From contig JBILLK010000001.1 in the NCBI GenBank assembly GCA_044376115.1, forward strand, positions 384,001-448,000: a stretch of 64,000 nt of DNA. The letters are read 5' to 3'. The DNA comes from Polyangiaceae bacterium (GTDB lineage Bacteria; Myxococcota_A; Polyangia; Polyangiales; Polyangiaceae). The translations under genes were made by a program, and so were the position numbers. The notes under the pieces were generated by a model. The model was not told the origin of the DNA. It was given only the letters and a program-made list of their open reading frames with translations, and did not search any database. Position 1 is the stretch's first letter, and every line of letters begins with the position of its first letter. Positions 31,080 through 40,819 of the stretch are shown here, in pieces.

Positions 31080-31781
31080 TCAGGTCTTCACCATCGGGGA
31101 CAGACTCGAACCCCCAGACAGATAGATGTCTTTGCTCAGCGGTCGTTCGATCCCACCCACGCTGACCACCGCCTTCACCGTGTAACTCTTGTTGAACCGG
31201 TCAGCGGCCCAGACAGGTTGGGTCATCGAATACGTCACCGAGAGCTTCGAACCCGAGGGCACCTTCTCATCCCACGGCGCGTAGACACCTGCGTCTGGCT
31301 GCCAAACGTTGGGTGCGCTGGTCTTCAGCACCCCAAGCGACTTGCCCTTCTCATCGAAGATCTCCACCACTTTGATCGTGAGTTGCGCAGGCGCAGTACC
31401 AGGCTCAGCGCTGATCGAGAGCTGAAGCGAAGTCTGCTCACAAGCGCGCTTGTGCTTCGCGCTCTTGTCCGCCTTTCTTTCGACCTCGACGATGGCCTTC
31501 TTACCGAGCTGCGGCGCAGGCAGGCTCGAGGGCGCCCCACCACATTCATCGGCCAGGGTGACGGCGGTCATTACGACTTCCACCTTGGGTGCGGCGACGG
31601 GAGCGCTGGCGGTGGCGCTGACCGAAGCGCTATTCGAAGCAGTAGGCGCTGCTTGCGACTCGACGACAACCGACGCCGACGCCGGAGGTGTATCCGGCCT
31701 TTCAAGGATTGGCTCTTGGGTCGGTGTTGCGGACGCACAACCAGCAAGAGCGAACGCACAAAGAGTAACGCGAAGTCTCAT
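31080..31781 (-). CDS. Hypothetical lipoprotein (paralog of 30434..31042)
   Basis: LAGC lipobox; shared motifs with neighbour. Confidence 0.75.
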   Translation of the reverse strand: MRLRVTLCAFALAGCASATPTQEPILERPDTPPASASVVVESQAAPTASNSASVSATASAPVAAPKVEVVMTAVTLADECGGAPSSLPAPQLGKKAIVEVERKADKSAKHKRACEQTSLQLSISAEPGTAPAQLTIKVVEIFDEKGKSLGVLKTSAPNVWQPDAGVYAPWDEKVPSGSKLSVTYSMTQPVWAADRFNKSYTVKAVVSVGGIERPLSKDIYLSGGSSLSPMVKT

Positions 31782-31853
31782 GAGGGCAGGCTAGCTCAAG
31801 TGAGGGACATGGTCGCTGAGCGCTCCCCAGCGCGATCAGCGACCGGCCGTCGA

Positions 31854-32234
31854 CTACTCGCGACGCAGCATGATTTCGGCCCCGCCCTTGAGCGTCCAGG
31901 CGAGCCGACCATCCTCGGTGAAGCGCATGCGCGTGCGATCCTCGACGCCTTCGGGACGCTTGAAGACGAGCTCCATGTCGTTGCCTTCGGCTCGGGCCAC
32001 CGTGTAGGTCCCGCTTCGCGCGGACTCCGCCGGAATACCGACAGTGACCTTGTTGGCCGCAAACTCGACTCGGGTGCCTTTGACCCAGCCGTCGGCTCGA
32101 CCCTGTTGGTCCGGTTGAACGTTGCTGATGGCCTCGCCCACCCAGCGGCCTTGCAGCCGGTCACGGGGCGACTTGGAACAACCAACCAGAGAGAGCAGAA
32201 CCACAAAGAACAGCGGAGAGGGCAGAAAGCGCAT
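31854..32234 (-). CDS. Hypothetical lipoprotein, lipocalin-like beta barrel
   Basis: LVGC lipobox, LQGRW, SGTY. Confidence 0.65.
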   Translation of the reverse strand: MRFLPSPLFFVVLLSLVGCSKSPRDRLQGRWVGEAISNVQPDQQGRADGWVKGTRVEFAANKVTVGIPAESARSGTYTVARAEGNDMELVFKRPEGVEDRTRMRFTEDGRLAWTLKGGAEIMLRRE

Positions 32235-32453
32235 TGGGGACCTCCACATAAAGCCTGAATCCAGGATGAAACGGTACGGACGGCCGCTCCATAGGGCCAA
32301 GCATCTGTGAGCAATTTCCTACATCTGCACACATGACTCCGCATTAAAGCAGTGCTGTTCAGTGGCGCTGGTGGCCTGCAAAACGAGCCGCTGTTAGCGC
32401 TCCCATCCCCTAGGAACGCGTATTAAGGATTCGTTTCGCCTGATGAGCCGCAA

Positions 32454-33209
32454 GTGACCCAATCCATCTTTTCGCATCGCCGTTTGCCCCGACAAAACCA
32501 GTCGGAACTCCTTCGAGACATCGTTGAGAAATCGCACTTTCGCCCGGGGGAACCTGCTCCGGTGATCGTGTTTGACCTCGACGGCACCCTGCTCGACAAC
32601 CGTCCTCGGGTTGCGAAAATCTTCCGTGAACTCGCTGAGCATTGGCAGGCGACGAACCCCACAGAGGCCGCCAGCCTGGCCAAGGCCACTGCGGAAGACA
32701 TCGTCTACGGCGTGGAGGAGAATCTCGATCGGTTCAACGTCAAGGACACTGCCCTGCGCACGTTCGCCGCGGGCTTCTGGAAGGACCGCTTCTTCATCGA
32801 TTCCTATATGCAGTACGACCGCCCGACCCCGGGCGCGCTCGACTTCGTAAAGGCTTGTTATGCAGCCGGTGCCACGCTGGTTTATCTCACAGGGCGGGAC
32901 TTGCCGAATATGGCATTAGGGACCTTCGCCAGCCTGCGCGACGTCGGTTTTCCGATCGGGGTCGTGGGGACCTCGCTCGTGACCAAGCCTGCCTTTGAGA
33001 TCCCCGATGCCGCGTTCAAGAATGACGTTGCGCCAGCGCTCGTCCGCCACGGGAAGATCATCGCCGCCTTTGACAATGAGCCGGCCAACAACAACCTATT
33101 CGTGCAACATCATGAAGCAGCCTTGAGCATCTTCTTGGATACGCATCACGCACCGAATCCACCGGCACTCGACAGCCGCGTGATTGTGATTGAAGATTTC
33201 CTATGGTGA
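32454..33209 (+). CDS. HAD-superfamily hydrolase
   Basis: IVFDLDGTL, YLTGR, K, FDNEP motifs. Confidence 0.85.
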   Translation: MTQSIFSHRRLPRQNQSELLRDIVEKSHFRPGEPAPVIVFDLDGTLLDNRPRVAKIFRELAEHWQATNPTEAASLAKATAEDIVYGVEENLDRFNVKDTALRTFAAGFWKDRFFIDSYMQYDRPTPGALDFVKACYAAGATLVYLTGRDLPNMALGTFASLRDVGFPIGVVGTSLVTKPAFEIPDAAFKNDVAPALVRHGKIIAAFDNEPANNNLFVQHHEAALSIFLDTHHAPNPPALDSRVIVIEDFLW

Positions 33210-34519
33210 AGCGTTGGGCTGGCGGACTTTTGTGCGCAGCTCTCACGGCCTGCGGCAATGAGGGGCCATCCCAAGTGGGGTCAACATCGGTCGCGGCGCC
33301 CCCCACGCCACCGGTGCTGTCGACGCCGGTTTTGCCTGGTTCACCCGACGGGCCGAAGGAGCCACCGGGCTCCGCCTACGGGGGTCTCGAGTACGATCCC
33401 ATTGCCAAGCGGTTGATCATCCCGGAGTCGGGTCCGCCCAAGGCGTTGCCGCTGCAACCAAACACCCAGCTTCCTACCGACAACATCCTGAGGGAGGAAC
33501 AAGTCGGCGTAATCCTCGAAGCGACCATCGTTCATCGGGACCTGCCCGCCCCGCCGAACGCGGTGGAGGTCAACAAGCCTGGCCTCGCTGAAGCCAATAG
33601 AGCGACGGTTCCGTCTCTGACAATCACGATGACCGCGCTTGGCAGGATGCGCATGCTGTTCAGCTCGCGCGCCCACCCGCTGCCGTTCAATTCGGAGCTG
33701 CGCGCGCGTTTTGATCGCTTCGGCCATGTCGCGGTCTGGCCCGGGCTAACGAGGTATCGGGTCATTGCGCCGGGCGCTTTGCGCACGACCCTGGGAGAGC
33801 GCCGCATCGACGTGATGCCGCTCATATCAGGGACGAAGGGCAACTCGGGAACCAGCACAAAACTCGGGATCCCCACGCGAACGGTCGAGCTCGAGTCGGG
33901 CCTGGGCACAGTCGTCATGGATATTGCCACGGTGCCCGAATCGGGCTTGGGCGGCCCGCTCTTGTGTCGTGCGATGGTTGAGCTCGTCGGCATCGATCCT
34001 GCGTCGTCCGAGTGCAAACCCGAAGAGGTTCCGCTCCACGCGACCATCCAATGGAAGAACGGTGGCGGCTTCGACCTAGAGATTTCTTCGGTGGAGCGCC
34101 GCACCGACTTGGGGCCAGGCGAGATCCTCGTTCCACCGCCCAACTCCGAGCTTAGCGAGGATTCGCTGCCCGGTTCAGACGATGGGGTACTCTTCAATCA
34201 AGCCGAGCTGCGAGCGTTTCGGACCAAGGCGGTAGAAGCGCCGCGCACGCCTGACGCTCCGATCGAGGGCGTCATCGTCGACAACCGACATGATTACCCG
34301 CTAACGCTATTTTTGGATGGCATACCGGTGGTCACGGTACCGCCGCTGGAGAAGCGCTTGCTCCTGGGTATGTTGCCCGGCCGCTACAATATCCAATGGC
34401 GCACCTTCCTCGGGGATCACGTTCTCCCAGCCGAAACGGTGGATGTCCCCGCATATCTCTATTCAAAACTGCCACCGCCTCCGCCACCGCCGGCTCCGTC
34501 GCAAGAGCCAGCCCAATAA
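33203..34519 (+). CDS. Hypothetical lipoprotein
   Basis: LTAC lipobox, 438-aa ORF overlapping the HAD stop. Confidence 0.7.
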   Translation: MVKRWAGGLLCAALTACGNEGPSQVGSTSVAAPPTPPVLSTPVLPGSPDGPKEPPGSAYGGLEYDPIAKRLIIPESGPPKALPLQPNTQLPTDNILREEQVGVILEATIVHRDLPAPPNAVEVNKPGLAEANRATVPSLTITMTALGRMRMLFSSRAHPLPFNSELRARFDRFGHVAVWPGLTRYRVIAPGALRTTLGERRIDVMPLISGTKGNSGTSTKLGIPTRTVELESGLGTVVMDIATVPESGLGGPLLCRAMVELVGIDPASSECKPEEVPLHATIQWKNGGGFDLEISSVERRTDLGPGEILVPPPNSELSEDSLPGSDDGVLFNQAELRAFRTKAVEAPRTPDAPIEGVIVDNRHDYPLTLFLDGIPVVTVPPLEKRLLLGMLPGRYNIQWRTFLGDHVLPAETVDVPAYLYSKLPPPPPPPAPSQEPAQ

Positions 34520-34522
34520 CGA

Positions 34523-35620
34523 TTAGCTCTTCTTCTTGCGCTTCTTGGGGCCGGTGTACTCAGGGAGCGTCGTAGAATAGGAGACTAAGGGGAGCGGTCC
34601 TTCATCGCTCAGCAGCTCTGCCAGCTGTTCATCAGCGAGGGCTTGCTTGACGCTATGGGCCTCGCCATCGATGGTGAATGACTGATTGATGAGTCGGACG
34701 CCGTGGCTGTAGTCGGCGTAGCGGCAGGAGTGGGTGCAGCTCAGCGGCTGAATGACCTTGCCGTCCTTCTTGTGCCAGCCGTAAATCGCTACGCGGTCCT
34801 CGCGCTCTGCCAAGCGTACCGAAAGCACGATGTCCTTCTTGTGCCCTGCCAGCAGCGTTCCCAGGGTGTAGCCAGCCTTTAGCCGGCGTTCCTCGACAGT
34901 CTGTTGATGAAACTGAAAGTCCGCGAGCTCGTCTTCCGTTGGTCCACCGTCGATGTAGCTTGGTGGTAGCCGGCCATCGGCCTGTTGAAAGATCGCATCA
35001 ACCAACTTGGTGGTTGGCAGCGACATATCGAGCTCATCACAAATCTGCTGGGCTGCCGCGGACGTCATTGGCATGCGGATGAAGTCGTCGTCGGAACCGA
35101 TAGCAAGGTAGTCCGACATCACGTGCAAGAGGGCAACTGCACCGGAGGGCGCCTCCAAACGCAGCGGCACGAGCTTTCGCTGATAGTCTGGTACATTGCC
35201 CTCGCGCACGGCTTTGAGCACGGCTGCGTCGATCCCGGCGCGCCCTAGCCCTTCTAACTGCCCGAGGAACACAGACCCTGTGGGGGCATCTTTGGGACGC
35301 GGCGGTAGTCGCAGGCGCGGCGTTTGATCACGGGGAGGTGGCGGACCCTCAGTCCCTACTGGGCTATCTACGGTAGTGACCGCGCTAACCTCATCGGACG
35401 AGGGTTTGCTGCCATCAGTATCGACCTCGATCTGCTCCGTTAAGTTGGTGCGCGCGACGCCGACGCGCGGCTCCTGACGATTGGTGGCACAACCAAGCAC
35501 TTGGTTGAAAACGAGACCACCAGCGCTCATTCCGAACAAGCGTCGCGTCAAGCCAAACGGAGCCCGTTGCCCGAGACCCACCTTCGTTTGCCCGTCACAT
35601 CGCGTCGAGATCGACGTCAC
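34523..35620 (-). CDS. Hypothetical exported protein, possible Tat lipoprotein
   Basis: TRRLF then VLGC; core motifs DYLAIG.D.DF.R.P, GHKKD, IYGWH, DYSHGVRL; start uncertain. Confidence 0.65.
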   Translation of the reverse strand: MTSISTRCDGQTKVGLGQRAPFGLTRRLFGMSAGGLVFNQVLGCATNRQEPRVGVARTNLTEQIEVDTDGSKPSSDEVSAVTTVDSPVGTEGPPPPRDQTPRLRLPPRPKDAPTGSVFLGQLEGLGRAGIDAAVLKAVREGNVPDYQRKLVPLRLEAPSGAVALLHVMSDYLAIGSDDDFIRMPMTSAAAQQICDELDMSLPTTKLVDAIFQQADGRLPPSYIDGGPTEDELADFQFHQQTVEERRLKAGYTLGTLLAGHKKDIVLSVRLAEREDRVAIYGWHKKDGKVIQPLSCTHSCRYADYSHGVRLINQSFTIDGEAHSVKQALADEQLAELLSDEGPLPLVSYSTTLPEYTGPKKRKKKS

Positions 35621-36119
35621 AGCCGATCGTGTCGCCGAGCATCGTGAGTTCGTCTCGCAGCTTTCGAACGCTGACGCCCGTGGGCACCGTCACCACCGCT
35701 TCGAGCAGAAACAGCGGTGTACCGGCGAACGGAGCCGACTCTGTTCGCGTCTCGAGCTCTTCGATGTTGACGCTGTGAGAACGCAGTAGCTCGCTGATTT
35801 GCGCCACGATTCCCGGCTGGTCCATCGAGTAGCTCTTCAACCGGTAGGGGACGCTCGCGCGTACCGGCTTATCAGCCGCCTCCACCGAGGCGATCTCGAG
35901 ACTAAGCCCCAATGAAGCGCGCGCAGCTTCCAGCTGCTGCTGCACCTTGGTCAGGATGGTTTCAGTGCCTTCGACCAGTACCAGGATTGCGAAGTGACCA
36001 CGCAAGTTGACCATTCGGCTGTCGGCTAAGTTGGCGCCAACTTCGTGAATGGTGCGCGTGAAAAGCGCGACAAGACCCGGCCGGTCAGAACCTAAGGCGG
36101 TGATGATGAGCTGTGCCAC
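35595..36119 (-). CDS. GcvR-like tandem ACT-domain protein
   Basis: LGSDRPGLV...NLADSRM and DQPGIV...NIEEL. Confidence 0.85.
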   Translation of the reverse strand: MAQLIITALGSDRPGLVALFTRTIHEVGANLADSRMVNLRGHFAILVLVEGTETILTKVQQQLEAARASLGLSLEIASVEAADKPVRASVPYRLKSYSMDQPGIVAQISELLRSHSVNIEELETRTESAPFAGTPLFLLEAVVTVPTGVSVRKLRDELTMLGDTIGCDVDLDAM

Positions 36120-36209
36120 GAAGGCGCAATAACGCGAAAAGGCCGGTGCGGCTATGCCCGGCCTCTCTTCGCGTTTACGCCGAAGACAGCTTCGGCCCCA
36201 GAATCCGCT

Positions 36210-37076
36210 TTAGGGCAGCGCGACCGTCACGGTCACTTGACCCGGAGCGGCCTCGTTACAGGAGCCACCTGGCACTGAAATGCAGTCACATGCCGCGCCG
36301 TTGACGCACTCGGGGGGGGTCGCTTCGCAGGAGTAACCAATGGGCGACCGCGGCTGGCCTGGGAAGGTCTGGACACAGTATTGTGAGTTGCTGGTGCAGC
36401 TCAGGTCGCCGCAGGCGAAGCTATCGCAAACGAGTTCACCACACGTCCAAACACCGTTGAAGCAGCCAAATCCAACGTAGTCACAGCCTTCGGGTGGCGC
36501 TGCACAGGGCGGCGGATCACCACATTCGGGGCACACGAGCGTTCCGCAGGTGTTTTGACCATCAACGCAGAATGGCTCCTGGTACTCGCAGCCCTCGGGT
36601 GGAGCCATGCACGGCGGAGCGGGCCCGGTGCACTCCTCGCAAACCAACTCTCCACAAGTCCACGCTCCATCGATGCAGCCGCCGTTCACATAGTTGCAGC
36701 CTTCGGGCGGAGCAGCGCACGGCGGCGGCCCGCCGTCGCAGGCGTCGCAGACGAGGGTTCCGCAGGTGTTTTGACCATCAACGCAGAATGGCTCCTGGTA
36801 CTCGCAGCCCTCGGGTGGAGCCATGCATGGCGGCGCTACGCCCGTGCACTCCTCCAGGCAAACCAACTCACCGCAGGTCCAAGCCCCATCCACACAACCC
36901 GAGCCTTCATAGTCACAACCCTCGGGTGGGGCGGCGCACAACGGCTGCTCGCCGCTGCATTCGGACCCAATCGTGACGTCTCCGCCGCAGCCGCCGCCAT
37001 CCGCGCCCATGAGAAACGCCGGTGCAGCCAAGCAGGCGAGACCAAGGAGGGCTCGTTCAAATCGCTTGAGGTTCAT
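36210..37076 (-). CDS. Exported Cys-rich repeat protein (five ~36-aa units)
   Basis: Hydrophobic leader, repeated C..APPEGC.Y....C..G..TCG.LVC. Confidence 0.8.
   Translation of the reverse strand: MNLKRFERALLGLACLAAPAFLMGADGGGCGGDVTIGSECSGEQPLCAAPPEGCDYEGSGCVDGAWTCGELVCLEECTGVAPPCMAPPEGCEYQEPFCVDGQNTCGTLVCDACDGGPPPCAAPPEGCNYVNGGCIDGAWTCGELVCEECTGPAPPCMAPPEGCEYQEPFCVDGQNTCGTLVCPECGDPPPCAAPPEGCDYVGFGCFNGVWTCGELVCDSFACGDLSCTSNSQYCVQTFPGQPRSPIGYSCEATPPECVNGAACDCISVPGGSCNEAAPGQVTVTVALP
36541..36827. repeat. Identical 71-bp direct repeat (36541-36611 and 36757-36827)
   Basis: GTTCCGCAGG...GGAGCCATGCA occurs twice, 216 bp apart. Confidence 0.9.
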
Positions 37077-37112
37077 AAAAGCTCCAAAGTAGGTGAAATT
37101 CCGGTTCAAGCA

Positions 37113-37141
37113 GTGAGTGTCCGACCGCAGCTCATCCCGTG
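37113..37141 (-). promoter_or_regulatory. Candidate ECF-sigma promoter, copy A
   Basis: CACGGGATGAGCTGCGGTCGGACACTCAC matches copy B at 21/29 positions without gaps. Confidence 0.6.
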
Positions 37142-37181
37142 AAAAATTGTTCGCTGCGTCCATCAGTCCACCCGCTGTTGC

Positions 37182-37985
37182 CTACCGACACGCAGCTCGA
37201 ACCTTTGCACTTAGTGGGGTATCCGATCCGTCATTGGGTAGAGGGAACATCGCCAAACCATCGCCAATGCGACCCTGCCCGCAGTAGGCCATTGCCATTA
37301 GCGCTCTTCTCTCGTTTGCCAAAACCCCCGAGGGGTATTGGCTTGCATGCGCTCCGAGACTCCGCAGTGCACCGTTCATGTCCCCGGCGGCAAGCGCCAC
37401 ACGCGCCTCCGCTAAGAGGGCGCGCTCGCGGCTGAGCGAGTCCTCGGTGACGAGCGCTGGCGGATCCTGCGGTAGGCCAACTGACGCGGGCTGAGCGCCC
37501 GAGGAAGGTTGTTGCATGGGGCCATTGTGGTGCGGTTGCGCGGTAGCCGACGCCTCAACGTTTCGAGCGATTTCGGGGCTCTCTTTTCGTTCTGCATTCG
37601 CAGACGGCAATACCGGAACAGGGGGTACGTTTGCGGTCAGGTCGACAGTCGGAGACGGCAGCGTTACCTGCGTCATTGGAGCGGAATGAGGCGGCTGTCG
37701 AGTAGCGACCCAGGTACTCCCTCCGACGATGAGAGCACCAACGGCGCCGGCTTTGACCAGACCGAACGTGGTAACTCGCGACGCCGCAAAGCCAATAGCA
37801 GCCTTTCCCTTGATTCCACTCGCAGTTGCGGCAGCGGCAGCGGCAGGAGCAGCGGCTGAAGCCGCCGCAGTAACCGCAACGGTCGATAGAATTTTACTGC
37901 GCATTCGAGCCTTGGCCGCTTGGTCAGGGACTTCACCGTGCCGCCGAGCTGCCTTCAACAAAGACTTCGTATCGCGGCTCATCAT
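37182..37985 (-). CDS. Putative anti-sigma factor (TM plus TPR-like C-terminus)
   Basis: Coupled to sigma gene; TM segment, Pro-rich linker, ERALLAEARVAL..H...YP.G.LA.ER. Confidence 0.7.
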   Translation of the reverse strand: MMSRDTKSLLKAARRHGEVPDQAAKARMRSKILSTVAVTAAASAAAPAAAAAATASGIKGKAAIGFAASRVTTFGLVKAGAVGALIVGGSTWVATRQPPHSAPMTQVTLPSPTVDLTANVPPVPVLPSANAERKESPEIARNVEASATAQPHHNGPMQQPSSGAQPASVGLPQDPPALVTEDSLSRERALLAEARVALAAGDMNGALRSLGAHASQYPSGVLANERRALMAMAYCGQGRIGDGLAMFPLPNDGSDTPLSAKVRAACR

Positions 37986-38569
37986 TTCGCGGACCTTTCG
38001 ACGCCAAGCACGCGCGGTTGGCGCTTCTTCTCACGCAGCACCGCGGCATCGAACTGCTGCCGGGCGGCTCGCAGACGCGCATAAACGGTGTTTACGTTGA
38101 GCCCGAGAGAGATCGCGATCTCAGCGCCGGAGAGTTGTTCGAGTTCAGCCAACACCAGCACCTCGCGCTTTTCTTCATCAAGTTGGTCGAGGAGCTTCTC
38201 CACCAAGAGTGCCGCTTCCCGTTCCAGCAGAACCTCATCTGGGAGTCCCGTGGACATCACAGGTTCTTGTGCTTCAGACAGCTCTGCCTCTGGGTGTCTC
38301 CGGGCGTGTCGTCGAGCATTGCGCGCAACCAGAATGGTAATGCCGTAGAGCCAAGTGGAGACCGAACTCCGCCCCTCGAAGGAGTCCAGCTTTCGGTGGG
38401 CAACGACAAATACCTCCTGCACCGAGTCCTCCAGGTTCGCCTCTGCGATTCCCAGTCGGCGCAAGGTCCGCCAGACAAGGTCCACGTGATCGTCGTACAG
38501 AGCCGGAAAGGTCGGCCGCGCAACCTGCGTGCCGCTTTCCGGATAGCTGGGAGCAAGTTGAGCGGTCAT
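37982..38569 (-). CDS. ECF RNA polymerase sigma factor
   Basis: EDSVQEVF, STWLYGI (region 2), EIAISLGLNVNTVYARLRAAR (region 4). Confidence 0.92.
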   Translation of the reverse strand: MTAQLAPSYPESGTQVARPTFPALYDDHVDLVWRTLRRLGIAEANLEDSVQEVFVVAHRKLDSFEGRSSVSTWLYGITILVARNARRHARRHPEAELSEAQEPVMSTGLPDEVLLEREAALLVEKLLDQLDEEKREVLVLAELEQLSGAEIAISLGLNVNTVYARLRAARQQFDAAVLREKKRQPRVLGVERSAK

Positions 38570-38595
38570 AGTCAGCGACAACACGTGGCTTCTTG

Positions 38596-38624
38596 GTGAG
38601 TGTCCGGCTGATGCCGCTTCCGTG
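38596..38624 (-). promoter_or_regulatory. Candidate ECF-sigma promoter, copy B (autoregulatory)
   Basis: CACGGAAGCGGCATCAGCCGGACACTCAC, 26 nt upstream of the sigma ATG. Confidence 0.6.
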
Positions 38625-38643
38625 TGACGATCGTCGGCCGCCC

Positions 38644-39690
38644 CTAGAGCTGAACCTCAGCACCAATGCCAATTCTGCCCGCAGCCGGTCCAGACTCATG
38701 GACGACGGTCACCTCAGCCGAGTCGGTGGCAAATACAAATCTGCGGGGATCCACGGGGAACGCTGCCCCAACTCGACTCCATAGGGACAGCGGTCCGGCT
38801 AACCCAAGCGCGAGTCGAAGTTCCACGCGAGGCGCGACCCAGGGAGCTTCGCCGCTCAACGAGTTTGCCACGCCGTAACCTTGTCCAGCCAGAACGCCAC
38901 CCTCGAGGCCAAGACATCCCGACAGCTCAGCCGCGAGCGGCGCCCGCGGCCACTCGTTCGACCAGGGCAAGAGGGTTCGACAACCACTTAATGTTCCGTA
39001 GAAGAGCGAGAAGTTAGCGCCCCGCGTGGAGTCTGCTGGAAGCGACGTGGTGCTGCCGAGGCTACCTTCAATACCAGCCTCGATCCGATATGCGTCAATC
39101 CGCAGTCCTAGTCCGGCTGCAAACAGCCCATGTACGGTCGGCAGTTCGAATGCACCAGCTCCCAATGCAACGTTGACCACAAACCCGAGCAGGCTTGGGG
39201 CTTCCGGCCGCGGCAATCGAGTCGGAAGCGGTGGGTTGGCGAAGCTCGGTACGGCGAGCGGCACAGTTGGAACAGGCGCCGGGGCCGGCTGCGGAATCAC
39301 CTCTAACGGTTGGCTAATCGCATTGGAGACATCAACCGTTGGGTCGTGCTCGATGGCGATCAGCAGCACCGCCGTTTCCACTAGCGTCTCGCAGCGTGGC
39401 GATTGGAGCCGGCGAATGCTGCGCCCAGAGAGCGTCTCCGTCTCGAGCTCCAGCTCAAAGCCTGCGTCACCGTGCGTTATCTGAAGCTGGGCGCGCAGCG
39501 GAGTCCCCGCCGACATGGCTGACCCAAGCAGCTCTTGCACCATACCGATGACCTGGCTGCCAGTCGGACACTCGGCGGGCCCACGTAGGCTGAGTTGAAC
39601 TCCGCTTGCGGGGGCGGCCTGTTCATCGGCCAGGAGCTCCGCCGGAGCCAGCAGCGTCAATACCGGCGCGAGCGCGCCCAGCCGCTTCAT
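38644..39690 (-). CDS. Exported protein upstream of the ECF pair, possible C-terminal beta barrel
   Basis: Signal peptide, small disulfide domain, Pro linker, alternating Gly/hydrophobic strands. Confidence 0.6.
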   Translation of the reverse strand: MKRLGALAPVLTLLAPAELLADEQAAPASGVQLSLRGPAECPTGSQVIGMVQELLGSAMSAGTPLRAQLQITHGDAGFELELETETLSGRSIRRLQSPRCETLVETAVLLIAIEHDPTVDVSNAISQPLEVIPQPAPAPVPTVPLAVPSFANPPLPTRLPRPEAPSLLGFVVNVALGAGAFELPTVHGLFAAGLGLRIDAYRIEAGIEGSLGSTTSLPADSTRGANFSLFYGTLSGCRTLLPWSNEWPRAPLAAELSGCLGLEGGVLAGQGYGVANSLSGEAPWVAPRVELRLALGLAGPLSLWSRVGAAFPVDPRRFVFATDSAEVTVVHESGPAAGRIGIGAEVQL

Positions 39691-40316
39691 CAAGCTTCTT
39701 TGGGCAACACGCGCTCGATCAGCGCGCAATACTCGGCCACGCTGAGCGCCCCAGCGACGGGGCCAACCTCGATCTCGGGACCGCCGAAGGCCAAGGCAGG
39801 AACAGCGCGCACCGAGGCCGAGGCCGCCTGCTGACGAATGGCTCGTTGCGCCTCCGGACGCTCAATCAGGTTGATCGTTTGGTCGCGTGAAAGGCCAACC
39901 CGCTCGGCCAGCTCGATCAACACATCCATCGACGAAATGTCTTTTCCTTCGCTGAAGTAGGCCCTGAAGATGCCCTTCACCAAGGGGAGCGATGGCTGCT
40001 CGGCGACCAGCGTATGAGCGCGGACACTCGAGTAACCCTTGCGAACTTTCGTGAAGTCGATCGCCAAACCGTCTTGCGCTGCGACCTGCTCGACGCGACG
40101 AAAGAGCGGCTCAGGATCGCCATACTTGCGACGAAGGTTGTCTCGCAAGTCCAGGCCCTCGGCTGGCGTCCCGGGCTCGAGCAAGAACGGCCGAAACACC
40201 CAGGTTGCCTGCGCATCGACGGCCATCTGTTGGACAGCGCGCTCGAGCCGAGTGAGCCCGATGTAGCACCACGGGCACATAAAGTCAGAGGTCAACGAGA
40301 TGCGTAAGGAGCCCAC
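39690..40316 (-). CDS. DsbA-family (FrnE-like) oxidoreductase
   Basis: SDFMCPWCYIG, RPFLL, VRAVP cis-Pro loop. Confidence 0.88.
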   Translation of the reverse strand: MGSLRISLTSDFMCPWCYIGLTRLERAVQQMAVDAQATWVFRPFLLEPGTPAEGLDLRDNLRRKYGDPEPLFRRVEQVAAQDGLAIDFTKVRKGYSSVRAHTLVAEQPSLPLVKGIFRAYFSEGKDISSMDVLIELAERVGLSRDQTINLIERPEAQRAIRQQAASASVRAVPALAFGGPEIEVGPVAGALSVAEYCALIERVLPKEA

Positions 40317-40393
40317 TCATCAGGGGTAGCACAATCGCGATTGCGCGTCGCTCGGCTGCGCCGCCTGGTCATTATCGACCTGACGGCTTTCCC

Positions 40394-40819
40394 TCACGGG
40401 CCGTTGGGCTCTGTCGTTTCAACAACGACCCAAACCCCGTCGGTACAGGTGGCGTCCCACAGCGTCGTTAACCCACTATCAAAGTTGGCGTCCTCGTAGT
40501 GACAGAGCTGCGCCTCCTTCGAACAGGCATCACCCATGTCCGGAGGCCGTATCAACCATCCGCCGTGGGTAGCGCTGGTCGAACACACGTAGAGCGCCGG
40601 GCAATCATCAACCACGTAATTGCATTGAAGATCGGCGTTCTGGTCGAAGCCACAGGGTGCATCTCCGGGAGTAGCTGGGCAGCCGTCACCACCCTGACCT
40701 CCACCTCCAGCGCTCTCCGCTCCGGCGCCACCACCCGCTCCACCGGAGCCGCCCACGGCGTCGCTATCATCGCCACAAGCAACTGAAGCAAACAGCAGCA
40801 AACCGGCCCACGGCCTCAT
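40394..40819 (-). CDS. Cys-containing lipoprotein
   Basis: SVAC lipobox, Gly linker, CP..PG.AC and C..G.W motifs. Confidence 0.65.
   Translation of the reverse strand: MRPWAGLLLFASVACGDDSDAVGGSGGAGGGAGAESAGGGGQGGDGCPATPGDAPCGFDQNADLQCNYVVDDCPALYVCSTSATHGGWLIRPPDMGDACSKEAQLCHYEDANFDSGLTTLWDATCTDGVWVVVETTEPNGP

Noticed and set aside
30882..32258. 458-aa plus-strand ORF
   Set aside because: Antisense to three coherent lipoprotein genes; Arg/Leu-rich shadow typical of high-GC DNA
32420..32453. Hammerhead ribozyme or fluoride riboswitch suggested by CTGATGAG
   Set aside because: No following stem II plus GAAA, and no GGNGAUG 5' element
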